From a virus (lineage: Duplodnaviria > Caudoviricetes), in the IMG/VR virus record IMGVR_UViG_3300036546_000108, positions 1 to 40,484 of that record: DNA of 40,484 nucleotides; one strand, 5' to 3'. Made by a program: the position numbers and the translations under genes. Positions 37,068 through 40,484 of the stretch are shown one piece after another. The notes beneath the pieces were generated by a model. The model saw only the letters and a list, made by a program, of their open reading frames with translations, made no database searches and was not told the origin of the DNA. Position 1 is the first letter of the stretch. Every line of letters starts with the position of its first letter.

Positions 37068-37217
37068 ATGGCGAATGATCGTAAGGATAAGAAGGTTGAG
37101 GTTTGTATGACTGCAGACCAGAAGCACACCATTGAGGAGGCGGCTAAGTCTGCTGGAGTTTCATGTTCGGCGTGGCTTTTGTCGCTTGGACTGAAAGCGG
37201 CCAAGGAAAACAAGTAG
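37068..37217 (+). CDS. Ribbon-helix-helix regulator (49 aa, MANDRKDKKVEVCMTADQKHTIEEAAKSAGVSCSAWLLSLG...)
   Basis: AAGGAG RBS; beta-strand-helix-G.S.S-helix pattern; not in the ORF track. Confidence 0.75.
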   Translation: MANDRKDKKVEVCMTADQKHTIEEAAKSAGVSCSAWLLSLGLKAAKENK

Positions 37218-37226
37218 GAGGGTGGC

Positions 37227-37541
37227 ATGAGCGAGAAGAAGTTTGCAAAGGGCCCGTGGGAGTATGCAGAAGGTAAGGTTGGTCCGCGATATATACATGA
37301 CGATCAATCATTTGGGATGATTTGTACTGTTGCGTGGATAGAGAAATATGAAGGCCAATCATACTACAATCACGAAGCCAACGCCCACCTCATCGCGGCA
37401 GCACCGGGCCTGTACGAGGCGCTGGAAACAACGTTAGAAAACATCCGCAGTCTTGGACCTGCTGGTGCGTTATACGACACCTATAAGCCGTGGGAAGAGC
37501 TGGTCGAATCAGCCCTCCGCAAGGCCAGAGGGGAGGAGTAA
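37227..37541 (+). CDS. Conserved phage protein (GPW...ANA.LIAAAP.LYEAL)
   Basis: Widespread phage motif. Confidence 0.8.
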   Translation: MSEKKFAKGPWEYAEGKVGPRYIHDDQSFGMICTVAWIEKYEGQSYYNHEANAHLIAAAPGLYEALETTLENIRSLGPAGALYDTYKPWEELVESALRKARGEE

Positions 37542-37545
37542 GCCC

Positions 37546-37719
37546 ATGTGGACAATCCCCGGAACGCCGATGCCTGACGAAATACCACCAGATCCATACG
37601 CGCCTGAGTACGAGCACATACCGTGCACTCAGCCGGTGGGGGGGATGGACAGCGAGTTCGAGAACTACGGAGGTGAGGAAGATGGCTATTGTCAGTGTGT
37701 TATCAGCCATTCAGCTTGA
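37546..37719 (+). CDS. Small acidic hypothetical protein
   Basis: GAGGAG RBS. Confidence 0.5.
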   Translation: MWTIPGTPMPDEIPPDPYAPEYEHIPCTQPVGGMDSEFENYGGEEDGYCQCVISHSA

Positions 37720-38311
37720 ACTGAAGGCGCCCAAAAATCAAAAGAACACGTTTGGTAAGTACAACTACAGATCGTGCGAAGATATTCTTGAGGCAGTAAA
37801 GCCTTTGCTGGAAAAGAATTCATGTGCGCTTGTTCTGAACGACGACTTGGTCCTTGTCGGAGACAGGTACTACATCAAGGCAACGGCCACGCTGATGTGT
37901 GGTGACGAAAAAATTGAAAACGTTGGATACGCTCGTGAGGCGTTGGACAAAAAAGGAATGGACGACGCCCAGATAACAGGATGTACATCAAGCTATGCAC
38001 GTAAATACGCGCTGAACGGGCTTTTTGCCATTGATGATACAAAGGATTCAGATTCGGACGAACATCAAGCAGAGGGCAGTGCCCGTGCTAAAAAACAGGC
38101 AAGGAATGACAAGACAGCAGATCCGATGACTGACGAACAGAGGAAGAGGCTCATGGCGTACTATCAGGGGCAAACAGACGAACAGAGACTCAACCATGCG
38201 TCTAGTTTTTTGAAGCGTCGGATAGAATCTTTTAACCAGATAAACAAAACTGAAGCCTCACAGATGATTGATGCTTGGGAAAAATACTTGAGGGATAAAT
38301 CAAATGCTTAA
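37682..38311 (+). CDS. erf: ERF-family single-strand annealing protein
   Basis: [43 protein letters not shown]. Confidence 0.92.
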   Translation: MAIVSVLSAIQLELKAPKNQKNTFGKYNYRSCEDILEAVKPLLEKNSCALVLNDDLVLVGDRYYIKATATLMCGDEKIENVGYAREALDKKGMDDAQITGCTSSYARKYALNGLFAIDDTKDSDSDEHQAEGSARAKKQARNDKTADPMTDEQRKRLMAYYQGQTDEQRLNHASSFLKRRIESFNQINKTEASQMIDAWEKYLRDKSNA

Positions 38312-38768
38312 TCGTGTTATGATTATCGGGCGTCTGGGGAATGATCCGGAATTGCGCTATGCCGGAAACGGAACGCCTATCGCAAACTTCAACGTGGCTA
38401 CTGACGAGTCGTACACTGACAAAGAAGGTACTAAGCACGAAAAGACAGAGTGGCATCGTGTTGTGGTCATGGGCCGCATGGCTGAGAACTGCGCAAACTA
38501 CCTCGCAAAGGGCAGCCTAGCGTATATCGAGGGCAGCTTGCAAACACGCAAGTGGCAGGACCAGAGCGGACAGGACCGCTACACAACGGAAATCAAGGCA
38601 CAGCGCGTGCAGTTCCTCGACCGCAAACAGGACAGCGGACAGCAGGCTCCGCAGCGTGGACAGCAGCGCAACGAATCTCGCGGACAACAGCAAGCCCGTT
38701 ACGACGACGACCTAGGCCCCGCGTTCCCGTCTGAAGCCAGCGGAATGGACGACGTGCCTTTTAGCTAA
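38304..38768 (+). CDS. ssb: Single-stranded DNA-binding protein
   Basis: NRV.IIGRLG.DPE, TEWH, IEG.LQTRKW, acidic DDVPF tail. Confidence 0.95.
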   Translation: MLNRVMIIGRLGNDPELRYAGNGTPIANFNVATDESYTDKEGTKHEKTEWHRVVVMGRMAENCANYLAKGSLAYIEGSLQTRKWQDQSGQDRYTTEIKAQRVQFLDRKQDSGQQAPQRGQQRNESRGQQQARYDDDLGPAFPSEASGMDDVPFS

Positions 38769-38797
38769 GAGGTAGGAAAACCTCAATAAAAACCTAC

Positions 38798-38844
38798 TAG
38801 ACATAAAACCCCTTTAGGATATAGTTTCTTAAAAGGGGTTTTAT
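38798..38844 (+). promoter_or_regulatory. Promoter TAGACA-N16-TATAGT overlapping a 13-bp RBS-sequestering hairpin for the HNH gene
   Basis: Arms 38803-38815 and 38832-38844, perfect; 3' arm abuts ATG 38845. Confidence 0.7.
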
Positions 38845-39246
38845 ATGAAAGAAAAAAAATGTTTTAAGTGTGGAGAGGTGAAGCCTCTGTCAGAATTTTA
38901 CAAGCATCCCCAGATGTCAGACGGTCATGTGAATAAATGCAAAGATTGTAACAAGAGGGATGTTCGCAAAAACCGCAAGGACAAGGTTGATTACTACAGA
39001 GCATATGACAGAGAGAGGGGGAACAGGCAGGGTATTGATTACTTGCGCAAATACAGGGCAGAAAATCCAGAGAAGTATCGTGCACATTCAATTTTGAATA
39101 AGGCTGTTAGCAGGGGTAAAATCCATAAGCAGCCATGCGAAATATGTGGAACTACAGAGAGGATTGAGGCACACCACGAAGACTATTCAAAGCCTCTTGA
39201 TGTCATATGGCTGTGCTCTATGCACCATTCATGGATTCATGGTTAA
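38845..39246 (+). mobile_element. Free-standing HNH endonuclease with N-terminal Zn finger, AT-rich
   Basis: C.KC...KPL.EFY....CK.C; PCE.CG....AHH.DY.KPL.V.WLC..HH...H. Confidence 0.88.
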
Positions 39247-39298
39247 CAATAGCGATAAAACAACGGGCGGTGTAACAGCCGCCCTTACGAGGTGAACA

Positions 39299-39796
39299 AT
39301 GCCCACGATGAACGATATTCAGGCGGAGATCCGCAACGTACTTGAGGCCATGGAATGTGCAGACGCAAACGAAGTTGATGCACATGTACTTGACGCATAC
39401 CTGGAAGAACTGGCCACACAAGAGGCGGAAAAAATCGACGCATACGGCTACGTGCTGCGTCAACAGGTTGCGCGTATCCAATTCCTCAAGGATGAAGAAA
39501 AGCGCGTCCAGAATCGACGCAAGGCCGCAGAAAACGCGCTTGATCGTATGAAGTCGCGCATGTTGCACGTCATGACAGCAAATGGGCTGCGCAAGGTGAG
39601 CGGGGCAACAACGACTATCAGTCTTCGCAAGTCTGCGTCTGTAGTTGTTGATGATGTGTCGTTGTTGTCTGAGCAGTTTGTGCGCATCAAGACCACTACG
39701 GAGCCTGACAAGGTGGCAATCAAGGATGCCATGTTGTCTGGTGTAGACGTTGCCGGTGCTCGCTTGGTTGAGTCGGAGTCGTTGCAGGTAAAGTAG
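39299..39796 (+). CDS. Siphovirus Gp157-family protein
   Basis: K.D.Y, E.KR...R.K..EN, IS.RKS..V, PDK.AIK.A...G..V.GA.L. Confidence 0.85.
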   Translation: MPTMNDIQAEIRNVLEAMECADANEVDAHVLDAYLEELATQEAEKIDAYGYVLRQQVARIQFLKDEEKRVQNRRKAAENALDRMKSRMLHVMTANGLRKVSGATTTISLRKSASVVVDDVSLLSEQFVRIKTTTEPDKVAIKDAMLSGVDVAGARLVESESLQVK

Positions 39797-39798
39797 CC

Positions 39799-40086
39799 AT
39801 GCAAGGCGACTACAACCTCACGCCTCAAGATATGGAGGACATCCGCACGCACCGCCTGGCACCGGCAAAGGGGGTGCGTGTGGGTGGTAAATACCTCTTT
39901 CGCGCCAAGATTGGTGGGGAGTCAACGCCGATCACCGTATACGTCAAGGAGTTGGCCGAGAAGCCGCACAATCTTGGAGGAACGATACGCACGGCATACG
40001 TGTACGGAGTCGGGTTTCGTGGGTGGGTAAATCAAAAGAAATTGCTCGAAAACAGGAAAAAAACGTGCGAAAAGATGTGGACATAG
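39799..40086 (+). CDS. Hypothetical protein
   Basis: Starts 2 nt after the Gp157 stop. Confidence 0.6.
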   Translation: MQGDYNLTPQDMEDIRTHRLAPAKGVRVGGKYLFRAKIGGESTPITVYVKELAEKPHNLGGTIRTAYVYGVGFRGWVNQKKLLENRKKTCEKMWT

Positions 40087-40126
40087 TTGTGAGCAGGTGG
40101 TAGTTTCTACCACAGGAGGAACGAAT

Positions 40127-40312
40127 ATGGCGATGGAACGTATATCAATTTTGCTGCCTGTTGAGGTTATTGAGTACCTTAACAATAAGGCGCGAAAGGT
40201 TGGAAAAAGTCTCAGTGATGAAGTGCGCGGCAGGGTTCTCGCAAACATCGAGGGACTGTCGGAAATGGAGTGGGACGAGGCACAGTGTAAGTGGGTTGAT
40301 ATTGGTAAATAG
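40127..40312 (+). CDS. Ribbon-helix-helix (Arc/CopG-like) regulator
   Basis: AGGAGG RBS; RISI.LP......L...A...G.SLS..VR; upstream TGGACA-N17-TAGTTT with a GTGGTAG/CTACCAC palindrome. Confidence 0.7.
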   Translation: MAMERISILLPVEVIEYLNNKARKVGKSLSDEVRGRVLANIEGLSEMEWDEAQCKWVDIGK

Positions 40313-40484
40313 GAATAGCCAGAGTAGGTAGAAAACTATTTAAAGTTCGATGTTGGTTGAGGCTCCGGCGGCGTGGAAAGCGTCTAGGCACATCCGCCTT
40401 GGACCGGAGCAGACGCAGCGCAGACACGCGGAGAACCGTAACCGTGAAAAAAGCAACCCTGCGACAGTAGCGGGAAAGCGGTGG

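Noticed and set aside
40355-40484. Canonical tRNA gene
   Set aside because: No anticodon arm or GTTCRA T-loop in a proper cloverleaf; kept only as an ncRNA candidate.
1-40484. Alternative genetic code or stop-codon reassignment
   Set aside because: Core genes are full length under code 11, and all three stop codons terminate genes at coupled junctions.

Overview
The whole window is a tailed dsDNA phage or prophage with a contractile tail. Its head-tail module is of the Bcep781/OP2/Obolenskvirus type: TerS, PBSX-type TerL, DUF1073 portal, Mu-F/gp7 head protein, DUF2213 protease-scaffold, DUF2184 capsid, DUF4054 adaptor, DUF3383 sheath, tube, tape measure, baseplate, J-like, DUF2612 and tail fibre. 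A long minus-strand arm (36.9 kb to 3.5 kb) carries accessory genes, lambda-O-like initiator/DnaB replication with an intragenic iteron origin, VRR-NUC, holin-HNH-endolysin and morphogenesis genes. A plus-strand arm (37.1 kb to the end, apparently continuing at 1-3.4 kb) carries RHH regulators, ERF, SSB, HNH, Gp157 and many small genes. The SSB tail suggests a Desulfovibrio-like host (inference). No integrase or CI-type repressor is visible in the window. Most notable: (i) single AT-richer genes bracketed by direct repeats of the translation-initiation/stop junction, which look like RBS-bounded gene cassettes; one is a GNAT acetyltransferase inside the neck genes; (ii) both HNH genes share a promoter-over-hairpin design that hides the RBS; (iii) a -1 frameshift tail chaperone absent from the ORF track; (iv) a Trp-rich micropeptide where spanins would be expected; (v) a signal-peptide PD-(D/E)XK-like protein. 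All family calls come from motif recognition and synteny; no database searches were run.
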